A DNA stretch of 64,000 nucleotides, taken from IMG/VR virus record IMGVR_UViG_3300033463_000015; one strand, 5' to 3'. The notes beneath the pieces were generated by a model. The model searched no databases. It was not told where the DNA came from and saw nothing but the letters and a program-made list of their open reading frames with translations. Of this stretch, positions 48,969-60,538 are shown in pieces. The stretch's first letter is position 1. Each line of letters opens with the position of its first letter. A program made the translations under genes and the position numbers. This DNA comes from a virus (Duplodnaviria; Caudoviricetes).

Positions 48969-50755
48969 TGCGTATGAGATATAAACTAAGAAGTCATTTT
49001 ACAACAGACCCAAATCATGCCCTAGAAGCAATTCTCCGTAATAGAGGAGTAGAAGATATTGCTGACTTTGTGGCACCAACTTTTTCCTGTGAATTGAACC
49101 CATATGATTTAGAAAATATTGAAGCCGGTGCTGAAATGCTGCTAAAACACTTGCGAGCGGATCATAATATTCTCTTTATTGTAGACCAAGACGCTGATGG
49201 ATTTACAAGTTCTAGTATCCTATGGCTCTATATTAAAAAGGTTTTCCCAGATGCTAAACTCAATTTTATGATTCACGAACATAAGCAGCACGGTTTAAGT
49301 GATGTAATTGATAAGATTGAAATTAATCCTATTTATGATTTAGTTATTTGTCCTGATTCTGCTAGTTATGATGTAGAAGAGCATCGCCGTTTAAAGGAAC
49401 TAAATATGGATTGTTTGATTCTAGACCATCACGAACAGCTTTATAATGATAGCGGCGAACCTATTATCAGCAAGGAACCGAATACAATTATAATTAATAA
49501 TCAGTTGTCTCCTAAATATGCAAATAAGTCATTGTGTGGAGCCGGTGTAGTATATAAGTTTTGTGAAGTATTAGATGATACGCTAGAGCTTGTTGAACCG
49601 CTAGCTACAAATTATTTAGATTTAGTAGCACTTGGTGAAATTGCTGATGTTATGGATAGAACTAATGTTGAGACTAATTATCTAATGCTTACTGGTTTAG
49701 CTAATATTAAAAACAAGGGCATTAGCACATTAGTAGAATCACAGTCATTCTCATTAAAGGATAAAGCAGTATATCCATATGTAGGTTTAACTCCTATTGA
49801 TATTGCTTTCTATATTGCTCCACTAATTAATGCTATTACTCGCGTAGGCAGTATGGCAGAAAAAGAAACAATGTTCTATTGTTTTATTGAACCAGATAGA
49901 CCCTGCCAAAGTACAAAGCGTGGCGCGAAGGCTGGTGAAATTGAGACAGCCGCAGAGCAGACAGCTCGCGTTGGCAAAAATGCTAAGTCGCGACAAGATA
50001 AGTTGAAGGAGAAAGCAATTGAATTAATTGATTTTAAGATTCAAAAGAATGATTTACTTTCTAATAACATCATTATTGTGGAAGTTGATGAAGAAGATAA
50101 TATTCCACAGGAACTAACCGGTCTAATTGCGATGGCAATTGTATCTAAGTATCATAAACCTTGTATGATTGGCCGCCGCAATGAGTTAAATAAAGTCCAG
50201 GGAAGTATTAGAAGTGATAGCAACTTTAATGGTCTTCCAAGTTTTAAGGCATTCCTAGAGCAGAGCAGTCTAATTGATTATGCGGCCGGCCACGATAATG
50301 CTTGCGGCTTCGGCATCAATGGTAATAGAATTGAGCAACTTCTACAGTATGCTAATTCAAATCTAAAAGCTGAGGATTTTGAAAACTGTTATATAGTCGA
50401 TTATATTCTAAATGCTAATGACCCCAATAATGCTGATTTGATGGCCACACTAGCTTCACACCCAGAGTTCTTCGGCAACCATATTGATGAGGTAAAATTT
50501 GTAGTAGAAGGCATTCCACTCGGTTCTCCGTTCCTAATGGGACAGAATAAAGATAGCACAAAGATTTCCTATAATGGAATTGATTATGTGCGTTTTAAGG
50601 ATCCGGACTTTGCTATGGAAGTATTAGAAGATAAAACTAAACTACTTACAGCATATGGTCGCGCCAATCTTAATAGTTGGGGCGGCCGCACCACAGTTCA
50701 GCTATTTATTGATGATTATGAATTAAAGGATGATAGTCATAAATATGATTTTTGA
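48968..50755 (+). CDS. recJ: RecJ-like DHH exonuclease
   Basis: DQDADG, LDHH, GSIRS, AGHDNACG. Confidence 0.88.
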   Translation: MRMRYKLRSHFTTDPNHALEAILRNRGVEDIADFVAPTFSCELNPYDLENIEAGAEMLLKHLRADHNILFIVDQDADGFTSSSILWLYIKKVFPDAKLNFMIHEHKQHGLSDVIDKIEINPIYDLVICPDSASYDVEEHRRLKELNMDCLILDHHEQLYNDSGEPIISKEPNTIIINNQLSPKYANKSLCGAGVVYKFCEVLDDTLELVEPLATNYLDLVALGEIADVMDRTNVETNYLMLTGLANIKNKGISTLVESQSFSLKDKAVYPYVGLTPIDIAFYIAPLINAITRVGSMAEKETMFYCFIEPDRPCQSTKRGAKAGEIETAAEQTARVGKNAKSRQDKLKEKAIELIDFKIQKNDLLSNNIIIVEVDEEDNIPQELTGLIAMAIVSKYHKPCMIGRRNELNKVQGSIRSDSNFNGLPSFKAFLEQSSLIDYAAGHDNACGFGINGNRIEQLLQYANSNLKAEDFENCYIVDYILNANDPNNADLMATLASHPEFFGNHIDEVKFVVEGIPLGSPFLMGQNKDSTKISYNGIDYVRFKDPDFAMEVLEDKTKLLTAYGRANLNSWGGRTTVQLFIDDYELKDDSHKYDF

Positions 50756-50873
50756 AATAATAGTGCTAGCAATTGCTATTTATCTTATATGTTTAATATT
50801 AGAAGAGCAAGAAAATAATATTGACAAAAAATAAAAATTGTATTATAATATAATTAGAAGGAGGAGTGGTAGA

Positions 50874-53800
50874 GTGAGTTTATATCCTATGAGTCTGCAT
50901 AATCACACTGATTATAGCAATGAAACTTTACGTGATTGTATTAATACTGTACAAGGTCTTATAGATTTAGCAGTAGAATTAGGCCACGAAGGCGTAGCAA
51001 TTACAGACCACGAAACTATTTCTAGTTATATTAAAGCTGAACAATATTATAAGAAAGTCAAAGAAAAGCATCCAGATTTCAAACTTATCCGTGGTAATGA
51101 GATTTATCTTACACGAAATGGTTTGAACGCAAAGAACTTTGATAGAACAAAGGATAGATATTTTCACTTTATTCTTCTTTGTAAGGATTTAGTTGGCTAT
51201 CATCAAATCTGCGAACTATCAACTCGTGCGTGGATGCGTTCGTATATGAGCCGCAGACTTCGTAGGCGGCCAACCTACTATCAAGATTTAAAAGAAATTG
51301 TAAAGCCAAATCAAGGTCATTTGATTGCATCAAGTGCTTGTCTTGGTTCGCAGCTTGATAGATTTTTGCTTCAATATATGGAAACCGGTGATGAAGAATT
51401 TTATACAACGGCTAAGCGTTGGTGTTTATATATTGAAGATATTTTTGGAAGGGGCAATTTCTATCTTGAGATGCAGCCTTCTAACAATAAAGAGCAGATT
51501 TTTGTTAATAAGCAACTTTTAAAGATTGCAGAAGAACTAAAACTTCCATATATTATTACAACAGATAGTCATTATGGAAGGCCAGAAGATGCGCCAATCC
51601 ACGAAGCTTTTCTAAATGCGCAGGAAGGCGAACGTGAGGTTAGAAGTTTCTATGCAACTACTTATATGATGAAGGATGAGGAAATTAGAAGTTTCTTCCC
51701 ATATTTAAGTGAAGAAGAGATTGAGACTGCTTATTATTGGATTCGTCATATTAAGGATGAATGCGAAGATTTTAGTATCTTGCGGCCGCTAGAGATTCCT
51801 CAGCTTCCTTGGCGAACTTATTATGACCCAGGTGATGAAAAGATTGTTGATGCAATTAGTAAGATGCCAGCAATCAAAAAGTTTATTTATTCACCACATA
51901 GTTCTGATAATATCTTGGTGTATGCAATAATTGATGGTATTGAACGACATCAAGATTTACAAAATGAAAAAGCATATCAAGCAATTAATGAATGTCTTGA
52001 AATGACTTGGGAGTCTAGTGAAGTAAATAATGCTAGATGGTCAGCATATTTTTTGAACCTTCAAAAGATTATAGATGAATGTTGGAATGCGGGAACATTA
52101 GTTCTTCCGGCGCGTGGTTCCGGTATGGGATTTGTTCTTCTGTATGTATTGGACATTATTCAAATTAATTGTCTAAGAGAAAACACAAAGACTTATCCTT
52201 GGAGATTCTTGAACCCAGCTCGTGTATCAGTTCTTGATATTGATGTAGATATTGAGGGCTCAAAGCGTGATCAGGTATTAGCGCATTTAAGAAAAGTATA
52301 TGGCGCAAATCGTGTATCAAATGTAGCAACGTTTAGAGTTGAAAAATCTAAGTCAGCTGTCCAGACCGCAGCACGCGGTTTAGGTATTGATGTTGATGAA
52401 GCGCAATATGTATCAAATCTTATTAGCGCAGAACGTGGAGCAACTTATACATTATCTCAAATGTATTATGGAGACCCAGAAAATGGGATTGAGCCCAACC
52501 AGACATTTATTAATGAAATTAATAAATATGATAGATGGTGGGAAGTTGCCAGCAAAATTGAAGGATTGATTTGTGGTGTCGGCATTCACGCTGGTGGTGT
52601 AGTATTCAAAGATAAGAACTTTACAGAAGCTAGCGCATTAATGAGAGCGCCTGATGGAACTGTTATTACACAGTTTGAGCTTCATAATTTGGAAGCAGTT
52701 TCAGAGATTAAAATGGACTTGCTTTCAGTTGAAGCCGCGGATAAAATTCATACTTGTTTGGATTTGCTGGTAGAGCAAGGATACGTTCAAGCGGGTAAGA
52801 ATTTGCGCGAAACATACATGAATGCACTGAATGTATATAAAATTGAACGAACTGATGATAAGATGTGGGATATGGTTCAAAACCACGAAATTGTATCGTT
52901 GTTCCAGATGGAACAGCAGAGCGGTGTCCGTGGTATTGCTCTTACTCATCCAAGAACGGTTGATGAATTAGCCATCTTAAACTCGGTTATTCGTCTAATG
53001 GCGACTGAAAAAGGAGCTGAGTCTCCGCTAGATAAATATACGCGATTCAGGAATGTTCCTGATGCGTGGGATAGAGAAATGAAGATGTATGGTTTGACTG
53101 ATGAAGAACGAGCAATTCTTCATAGAGAACTAGACATCTCAAATGGTTTGTCTATTACCCAAGAGCAATTTATGCAGTTAGTTCAGTTGCCAGAATGCGG
53201 TGGTTGGGACTTACAGTTTGCCGATAAACTTCGTAAGTCAATTGCAAAAAAGAACCCAAAGGAATATGAGGAACTTGAAGTTAAGTTTTTTGAAAGAGTA
53301 AAAGAAAAGAAGTTAAGTGAAAAGTTCTGTAATTATGTATGGAAAGTAGAAATCGCGTTAAGCCGTGGATATGGATTTAATGCAGCCCATACGTATTCAT
53401 ATTCTATGATTGCTCTACAAGAAATGAATTTGGCATATAAATATCCAACAATCTTCTGGAACACTGCAAACTTGATTGTAGATAGCGGCGGAGCCACTGA
53501 AGTTGAATATGATGACGATGGAGAAGCATCGTTAATTGTAGAAAATGAAGCAGACGAGGATGAGGATGAAGAAGAACTGGAAGAATGGGAAGAAGAAAAT
53601 GATATTGACGAGGATGTAAAAGAAGAAAAGAAGAAAGAAAAGACAAGGACAGTAGATTATGGTAAAGTTGCGGCGGCCATTGGTAAATTTGGAAACTATG
53701 GTATTAAGGTAGCTGCACCGAATATCAATTCTTCTTCATTTACTTTTACACCAGTTGTAAAAGATAACACCATTCTTTATGGATTGCGCGGCATCACGCG

Positions 53801-54833
53801 TTTGTCAGCATCTACAATTAAAGATATAATGGCAAACCGTCCATATAGTTCAATGGAAGATTTCTTATCAAAGGTAAAAGTTAATAAGGTTCAAATGATT
53901 AATCTTATTAAGTGCGGAGCATTTGATACATTAGAAAATCTTCCAAGAGAAGAAATTATGAAAAAGTATCTTGAAAGTATTGCTGATAAGAAGCAGCGGC
54001 TAACACTTCAAAATATGCAGATGTTGATTACAAAAGAACTTATTCCAGATGAGATGAGTTATTATGCGAAGTTGTTCTTGTTTAATAAGTTCTTAAAATC
54101 TCAAAAGGCAAAAGTTGAGTATCAATTAAATGAGAGTGCAATCAACTTTATCTCCAATCATTTCTCCGCCGATTACATTGATAATGGTGTAAGCATTGGA
54201 GTAAAGACTTGGGATAATCTGTATAGTCGTGGAATGGAACCAATGAGAGTATATTTGAAAGAGCATAAAGATGAAATGTTAAAAGCTCTTAATGATTCTT
54301 TGTATAAAGAAGTAGAAGACAAATATGCACAAGGTAATATTGGTCATTGGGAGATGGAATCAGTTTCATTCTATTCTCACGAACATGAACTCGCGGCCGC
54401 TAGTAAGTATTATGATGATTTCTTTGAACTTCCAGAGGAACCAGAAATTGATAATGTTTTCACTAGTAAAACTGGTGATGAAATTAAAACTTATAAGTTA
54501 GCGAGAATTGTTGGAACTGTAATTGATAAGAGTAAGATGAAGAATACGGTTACACTTTTAACTCCAAGCGGAGTAGTAAGTGTAAAGGTATATAAGAACC
54601 AGTTTGCTCTATATGATAAACAGATTTCTCAAATTGGAGAAGATGGCAAAAAGCACGTTGTTGAACCTTCGTGGTTCAAGCGTGGAACACTTCTAATGAT
54701 TCAGGGAATTAGACGTGGCGCGGACTTCATTCCAAAGAAATATCGTTCATCTTCATTCCCAGTAATCTCAAAGATTACAGAAGTTTCAAAGGATGGACAA
54801 TTAAAGTTCCAATTTGACCGCAAGGAGGGATAA
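50874..54833 (+). CDS. dnaE: DNA polymerase III alpha subunit
   Basis: PHP HNHTDYS/TDHE, RGSG, LDIDVD, GIHAGG, YGFNAAH. Confidence 0.92.
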   Translation: MSLYPMSLHNHTDYSNETLRDCINTVQGLIDLAVELGHEGVAITDHETISSYIKAEQYYKKVKEKHPDFKLIRGNEIYLTRNGLNAKNFDRTKDRYFHFILLCKDLVGYHQICELSTRAWMRSYMSRRLRRRPTYYQDLKEIVKPNQGHLIASSACLGSQLDRFLLQYMETGDEEFYTTAKRWCLYIEDIFGRGNFYLEMQPSNNKEQIFVNKQLLKIAEELKLPYIITTDSHYGRPEDAPIHEAFLNAQEGEREVRSFYATTYMMKDEEIRSFFPYLSEEEIETAYYWIRHIKDECEDFSILRPLEIPQLPWRTYYDPGDEKIVDAISKMPAIKKFIYSPHSSDNILVYAIIDGIERHQDLQNEKAYQAINECLEMTWESSEVNNARWSAYFLNLQKIIDECWNAGTLVLPARGSGMGFVLLYVLDIIQINCLRENTKTYPWRFLNPARVSVLDIDVDIEGSKRDQVLAHLRKVYGANRVSNVATFRVEKSKSAVQTAARGLGIDVDEAQYVSNLISAERGATYTLSQMYYGDPENGIEPNQTFINEINKYDRWWEVASKIEGLICGVGIHAGGVVFKDKNFTEASALMRAPDGTVITQFELHNLEAVSEIKMDLLSVEAADKIHTCLDLLVEQGYVQAGKNLRETYMNALNVYKIERTDDKMWDMVQNHEIVSLFQMEQQSGVRGIALTHPRTVDELAILNSVIRLMATEKGAESPLDKYTRFRNVPDAWDREMKMYGLTDEERAILHRELDISNGLSITQEQFMQLVQLPECGGWDLQFADKLRKSIAKKNPKEYEELEVKFFERVKEKKLSEKFCNYVWKVEIALSRGYGFNAAHTYSYSMIALQEMNLAYKYPTIFWNTANLIVDSGGATEVEYDDDGEASLIVENEADEDEDEEELEEWEEENDIDEDVKEEKKKEKTRTVDYGKVAAAIGKFGNYGIKVAAPNINSSSFTFTPVVKDNTILYGLRGITRLSASTIKDIMANRPYSSMEDFLSKVKVNKVQMINLIKCGAFDTLENLPREEIMKKYLESIADKKQRLTLQNMQMLITKELIPDEMSYYAKLFLFNKFLKSQKAKVEYQLNESAINFISNHFSADYIDNGVSIGVKTWDNLYSRGMEPMRVYLKEHKDEMLKALNDSLYKEVEDKYAQGNIGHWEMESVSFYSHEHELAAASKYYDDFFELPEEPEIDNVFTSKTGDEIKTYKLARIVGTVIDKSKMKNTVTLLTPSGVVSVKVYKNQFALYDKQISQIGEDGKKHVVEPSWFKRGTLLMIQGIRRGADFIPKKYRSSSFPVISKITEVSKDGQLKFQFDRKEG

Positions 54834-54834
54834 T

Positions 54835-55896
54835 ATGATAGGTTTAATAGATTTAGATTTATAGACTGAAAAGTCTATAAATCTATGCCCTCCTAATTTA
54901 GAAATAATGAAATTAGCCACTTATTACAGAACAGAAGAAAATCTGTTCTGTAATCTTATATCTTTAAAAGACCCCATAATGGAAGGCTATGATGTAATAT
55001 ATTGTTTTAGTGAATAGTTTGACCCAATTATTCCAGATGTATTAAAGCGCTAGCCCAATGTTGTTTATGGCGGCACAGGATTTACGAATGGAGAATATAT
55101 TCCATTTCAAAATTCAATTATTGATTTTACATTACCTAAAACTTGGATTTATAAGAATTTCTTAAAAGAGAAATACGATGATGGCATTAAAACGGCGGTT
55201 ATCAATTAGCTATTAGATAGCACATATTATCGCCGCTATGCTGGTGAAGAAAAGCTTCCAATGCCTTCAATAAAATCAAATAAATTATTATATTTATATG
55301 ATGTTGATTTCTTCTCATATGATTGGGAAGATACAATACAAGAGGCAACAAATAGAAAAGTAAGAGGCATCCATAGTATTCATCCTATTGTTTGTAAAAC
55401 ATTATCATAGTATTTTAAATTACGAAACTATTCCAAAATTACTCGCTCTAATGATATTCTATTAGACACAGAGGTGCCGCTAAACGAAGTAGGATATATG
55501 TTAAAAAAATATTAGAATATGTTTTTAGCTGATATAAATAAAAGCACAGCAGTCTATATTCCTATTGGCGGCACGTTCCAAACTAATTTACAATATTATA
55601 AAGATTTAATTTACAAATTAAATCTCTTATACTCATTCTGGGCGTGTAAGATACCAATTAAATTGAAATATATCCCCCCTAAAATAGGAACTACAACAAG
55701 TATTATAAATCTATTACAACTTGTGGCATATTGGAGCCACTTAACAAATCCAAATAGTAGTATAAATGATAGATTATTACGCAAAATGGCGGTAATGGAC
55801 GAGAAAAAAATATTACTCAAACTTCATCCTTCTGCCGCCGACTTATTTACACAAACTTATAACGACTTATCAAAGCGAGGAGTGTGGAGAGTATGA
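54835..55896 (+). CDS. Hypothetical protein (degenerate radical-SAM-associated-like); TAG-rich
   Basis: MIGLIDLD...PNLEIMKL...YGGTGF; frame broken only by TAG. Confidence 0.6.
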
Positions 55897-56105
55897 CGAT
55901 GGATGAAATTATTTCAAAGCACGAAAGTTTGAATTAGCGGCTAAAGGTAGCAGCGTCAAATATGGTGCTAAATGAAGATGTGAGAAATATTTTTAATGAG
56001 CTAAAAGATTTGCAAGAACAGTGCCCGCATTTTAGCACTAAACATAATTTTGTAATGGTAGATAATAAATGCCCCTACTGTGGGAAGAATTTGGAGTGAT
56101 ATTAT

Positions 56106-56321
56106 ATGATAAAGTTATATACTAGCCCTACTTGCGGGACGTGTAAAATGATTAAAATGAAGTTAAGCAAGAAAAATATTCCTTATGATGAAACGCACGA
56201 CATTAAGCCGCTAATGGAAAAGGGGATTCAGCGGCTACCCGTAATGGTGCTAGAGGATGGAACAACTTTTACTTCTCCAACCGAAATGAACGATTGGATT
56301 AAAGCTCAACCGGAGGGATAA
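56106..56321 (+). CDS. Glutaredoxin/NrdH-like
   Basis: CGTC, LPV. Confidence 0.8.
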   Translation: MIKLYTSPTCGTCKMIKMKLSKKNIPYDETHDIKPLMEKGIQRLPVMVLEDGTTFTSPTEMNDWIKAQPEG

Positions 56322-56323
56322 GT

Positions 56324-58249
56324 ATGGATATTAAAGTTAGATTAAATAAGAATTTCCAAACTGCCTATAACCGGATGAGCGAAAAGTATGGAGAAGAAAT
56401 GGCTTATCTAAATGGCTTTGGTGATAAGCAGTTATCATATACCGATTTTATTGATAATTTTATTGATAAGGATACAGTTGCTGATGTTTCTGTTGATGGC
56501 AACTCAAATGTTGGCAATAAAGATATGCGGACACTAATGAATGAAATGCCAAAGCCGCATCGTAAGCTATTAGCTTTTAATAAGATTTATTATGAAATGA
56601 ATAAGCGTTATGGCTTTCAGGCCGCGAATGAATGGCTTGAAAAAGAATGGACTAAGGCACTATATATGCACGACGCCGATACTTCAACATATATTCATTA
56701 CTGCTTTGCTTACGATTTGAAGGATGTAGCAGAAAAGGGCTTGTTCTTCCTAAATAATTTCAACGCGGAGCCTCCAAAGCATTTATCTACCTTTGTAGAT
56801 TTTGTAAAAGAATTTATTAGCTTTGCGGCAAACCGCAGCTCCGGTGCTGTTGGACTACCCAATCTTATTCCATATATGTATTATTTCTGGAAGAAAGATT
56901 GTGAGAATGGCTATGCTACAAAGTCTCCTGAATATTATGCCCGTCAGCAAATCCAGCGTTTTGTATATGCTGTAAATCAGCCCTATGTAAGAGATGGTAT
57001 GCAGAGCGCTTTTACAAACTGTTCTGTATTTGATATGGCTTATCTTGAGGCATTATTTGGAGGTTCAATGTTCCCGGATGAGACATTTATGATTGATGAA
57101 TTACAGGGCATCCAAGACTTCCAAAAGGTCTTTATGGAAACAATTGCTGAAATTAGAAAGCATAATATGTTTACATTCCCAGTATTAACAATCAGCCTTC
57201 TTCGTAAGGATGGCAAGTTCGCAGATATTGACTTCGCCCGCTGGGGCATTGAGCATAACCGTCTTTGGAGCGATAGTAATCTTTTCATTGACGATAGCGT
57301 CAATTCATTAAGTAATTGCTGCCGTTTAAAGAGTAACATTGAAGACCTTGGATACTTCAATAGTATTGGCGGCACGGCCCTTAAAGTTGGTTCTGTTAAA
57401 GTTTCAACAGTTAATCTTGCGCGCCTTGCACTTGAATATCCTGGTGATGAAGATGAATATCTTATTGCCTTAAAGGAATTAGTAGAACTTGATTGTAAAG
57501 CGCTTGATTGTGTTCGCAACATTATTGTCCGTAATGTAGAGAAAGGACTACTACCAAACTTCACAAAGGGCATCGTAGATTTTGACCATCTCTATAATAC
57601 CGTTGGTATCATTGGTGTCTATGAAACAATGAAGACCTTCGGCTATACAAGAACTGATGAACTAGGCAATACTTATTATACAGAAGCGGCCGACAAGTTT
57701 GGTAAACGCATTTTTGAAATGATTCACGCTGTAAAAGATAATTTCGCAGCAGATAAGGATTATAAGATTAACCTAGAGCAAATTCCCGGTGAGTCTGCAG
57801 CAGCTAAGATGCAATTAGCAGATGAGTTTTTATTCCCAGAAACGGTTGTAAAAGATTTGCCGCTATACGGCAATCAGTTTATCCCACTAGGCATTAAGAC
57901 TACGATGGCCGAACGTATCCGTATTGCTTCTCTATTTGACAGCTATTGTAATGGCGGTAGTATTGCTCATCTAAACATTGATGCTCCATTTGATAGTTTT
58001 GAGAAGGCTTGGGAAGCAGTAAATTATATTGCGGATCAGGGGCTAACATATTTCGCTTTTAATACTAAAATTCAGGCTTGCGCGCACAATCACGCTTTCT
58101 ACGGTACCAAGTGTCCTATTTGCGACGGAGACGTTGAGACCGAATACACAAGAATTGTAGGCTTCTACACACCTATTAAGTCTTGGTCTAAAGAAAGAAA
58201 AGCCGAATTTAAGATGCGGCAATGGGAGCATTTGAATGATAAGAATTGA
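56324..58249 (+). CDS. nrdD: Anaerobic ribonucleotide reductase
   Basis: YCF, SNCCRL, IPGES, TRIVGFY glycyl-radical motif. Confidence 0.92.
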   Translation: MDIKVRLNKNFQTAYNRMSEKYGEEMAYLNGFGDKQLSYTDFIDNFIDKDTVADVSVDGNSNVGNKDMRTLMNEMPKPHRKLLAFNKIYYEMNKRYGFQAANEWLEKEWTKALYMHDADTSTYIHYCFAYDLKDVAEKGLFFLNNFNAEPPKHLSTFVDFVKEFISFAANRSSGAVGLPNLIPYMYYFWKKDCENGYATKSPEYYARQQIQRFVYAVNQPYVRDGMQSAFTNCSVFDMAYLEALFGGSMFPDETFMIDELQGIQDFQKVFMETIAEIRKHNMFTFPVLTISLLRKDGKFADIDFARWGIEHNRLWSDSNLFIDDSVNSLSNCCRLKSNIEDLGYFNSIGGTALKVGSVKVSTVNLARLALEYPGDEDEYLIALKELVELDCKALDCVRNIIVRNVEKGLLPNFTKGIVDFDHLYNTVGIIGVYETMKTFGYTRTDELGNTYYTEAADKFGKRIFEMIHAVKDNFAADKDYKINLEQIPGESAAAKMQLADEFLFPETVVKDLPLYGNQFIPLGIKTTMAERIRIASLFDSYCNGGSIAHLNIDAPFDSFEKAWEAVNYIADQGLTYFAFNTKIQACAHNHAFYGTKCPICDGDVETEYTRIVGFYTPIKSWSKERKAEFKMRQWEHLNDKN

Positions 58250-58548
58250 ATATGATATAAAATTACCCAAAAATTGTTTTGATTGTCCATTATTGGATGA
58301 TGAATTCAATTATTGTCATGGTCATATAAAGGAAAACAAAGCTTGGGAATTAGATGATTATCAATATAGTGGAAAGCCAGATTGGTGCCCCTTAATAGAA
58401 GTAAGGAAAAGTTGTAATGAATGTATGTTGGGCGCGCCTTTTGAAACTTGCTGGCGAACTTAGTGCTCTAATTATACAATAAAAAAAGAAAAAGAAGAGC
58501 AATGGAAAAATCAAGTAAAAATATGTCTTGAACATATGGAGAAAAAAT

Positions 58549-59025
58549 ATGAAACTTAAAGGAATAATTGATTGTGATTTCACTAACTATAAAGAGCCAG
58601 TAATGACACTAGAATGTCCCACTTGTGATTTTAAGTGTGATAAATTAAATGGCTGCCAAGTTTGCCAAAATAGCAAACTTGCGGCTGAACCTGATATTAA
58701 CGTTAGTGAGCACACACTTTGGGATTTATATAAAAGCAATCCATTAACTAAGGGCTTCTGCCTACAAGGATTAGAGCCATTTGATAGTGAGCCGCAACTA
58801 TTAGATTTTATAGAATTTATTCGCTATGGTATGGATTGTAAAGATCCAATAATTATTTATACAGGTTATAACAAAAATGAAATTAAATGTCTTGATTTAC
58901 TTCAAGAGTATGGCAACATTATTATTAAGTATGGCCGCTATATAATGAACCAAGAGCCTCATTATGATGAAGTTTTAGGAGTAAATTTAGCATCTAGTAA
59001 TCAATACGCGGAGTTGATAGTATGA
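58549..59025 (+). CDS. nrdG: NrdG-like activase
   Basis: CDFKC...C, GLEP, YTGY, KYGRY, ASSNQ. Confidence 0.85.
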   Translation: MKLKGIIDCDFTNYKEPVMTLECPTCDFKCDKLNGCQVCQNSKLAAEPDINVSEHTLWDLYKSNPLTKGFCLQGLEPFDSEPQLLDFIEFIRYGMDCKDPIIIYTGYNKNEIKCLDLLQEYGNIIIKYGRYIMNQEPHYDEVLGVNLASSNQYAELIV

Positions 59026-59219
59026 AAATGCATGTTACACCAGATATTCAACTTGCTTATTTTATTCGCGAAGGATTAAAAATGAATGAAGGCTATTGTC
59101 CCTGTGTTTTAGACAGTAAAGGTAAAGAAGAATATAGATGCATTTGTAAAGAAATGCGCGAACAGATAAAAGTAGGCTAGTCTTGTCATTGTGGATTATA
59201 CATAAAAGATGAAATGTAA
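59022..59219 (+). CDS. Ferredoxin-thioredoxin reductase catalytic-chain-like; TAG=Gln
   Basis: GYCPC...CIC...CHCGLY. Confidence 0.8.
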
Positions 59220-59285
59220 AATATTTGACTTTTATGAAACTTTATGTTATAATAAAGTATAAAGAAAAGAGGTGGCGAATGTGTA

Positions 59286-60281
59286 GTGCTGTATGGCATA
59301 ATTGGAGCGTTGTGTGTTGTAATTATTATTCTAATTATTAGACTTAATCATAAAGTTAAAAGTGATAGAGCTAATATAGAATAGGAAAGAAAAGAATTAC
59401 AAGAAATAGGCACACAATTATATAGTGCAAAATTATAGTGTAGTAAATTAGAGCAAGAAGTTAATATGCGCGAATAGCAACTTAATAAACTTCAAACCGA
59501 TACTGCCGCAGCATAGGATTAGTATCGTGAAGCTCTCTATCAAAGCACTACAGAAATAACTGATTATATAGAGACACAACGAGCCACACGGCTAAATGCT
59601 TTAGAGTATGAACTTAATAATAAAAAAGAAGTTTATGAAAAGGCATTGCAAGAGGTTCTGAAAAACTGTGAAGAATAGTCAGAATTAGCTAAATAGGCTA
59701 CTGCAGAAGTTGTAAAAGAATTACAAGATAAGATAAAATCTTGTGAAAATGCGGCCGCGTATGAGTAGCAAAAATATGAAGCACTATTAGAGCCACTAAA
59801 ACAGTATGAAAAAGATAAATAGTAGAAATTATTCTATACGATTTATCTTCCAGAAGAATTTAGAGATGATATTGATTTCTTACTTAATACAGTTGCCAAA
59901 AAGGTTCAACATCCAGACATTATTAGTAAATTAGTTTGGGCTGAATATGTTAAGCCGTATTTAGATGAAACACTTAAACGAGTAGGAATTAAAGCAGAAC
60001 CCGGTATTTATAAATTAACTAATATAGATAGCGGGAAAGCCTATATAGGAAAAAGTACAGATATTAAGAAACGTATTCAAGACCACTTTAAATCAAGCAT
60101 AGGAATTAAATCAATAGCAGATTAGTTCGTTCATCACGAGATATTACGCACTGGTTTCTGGAATTGGTCTATTGAATATATAATATATTGCGATAAAGAT
60201 GATTTGAGTGATTTAGAGAAATATTATATAGACTTCTTTAAGACACAAGAATTTGGATACAATCGCAAAGAGGGCGGTTAA
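59286..60281 (+). CDS. TM + coiled-coil + C-terminal GIY-YIG protein; very TAG-rich (absent from ORF track)
   Basis: GIYKLTNIDSGKAYIGKSTDIKKR; frame broken only by TAG. Confidence 0.75.
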
Positions 60282-60538
60282 AATGGCAGAAGAAAAAGAT
60301 TTACTTATAGATGAAGCAGTAGTAGATGATAAAAATGCTATTGATAATCTAAAAGATTTCCTTGGAGAAAAGATGGGAATTAAGTTGAATAGAAAGTAGC
60401 GGCGCAAGCTAGCTAAAAAGGGCGGTAAGAAAGGCCGCTAGCAACTTAGTTCAATCACAGATACAGCAAAGAAATTAAATTATATTGACTTAATTGAAAA
60501 ACTAAGAATATTAAATGAGAAAAAGGAGCACGAAAATT

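Noticed and set aside
33451-57573. Long antisense ORFs (33451-33828, 34502-35131, 43570-44352, 57040-57573)
   Set aside because: Shadows of well-supported plus-strand genes.
50874-58249. Inteins or introns in DnaE and NrdD
   Set aside because: No intein splice motifs or frame interruptions seen; lengths are ordinary.
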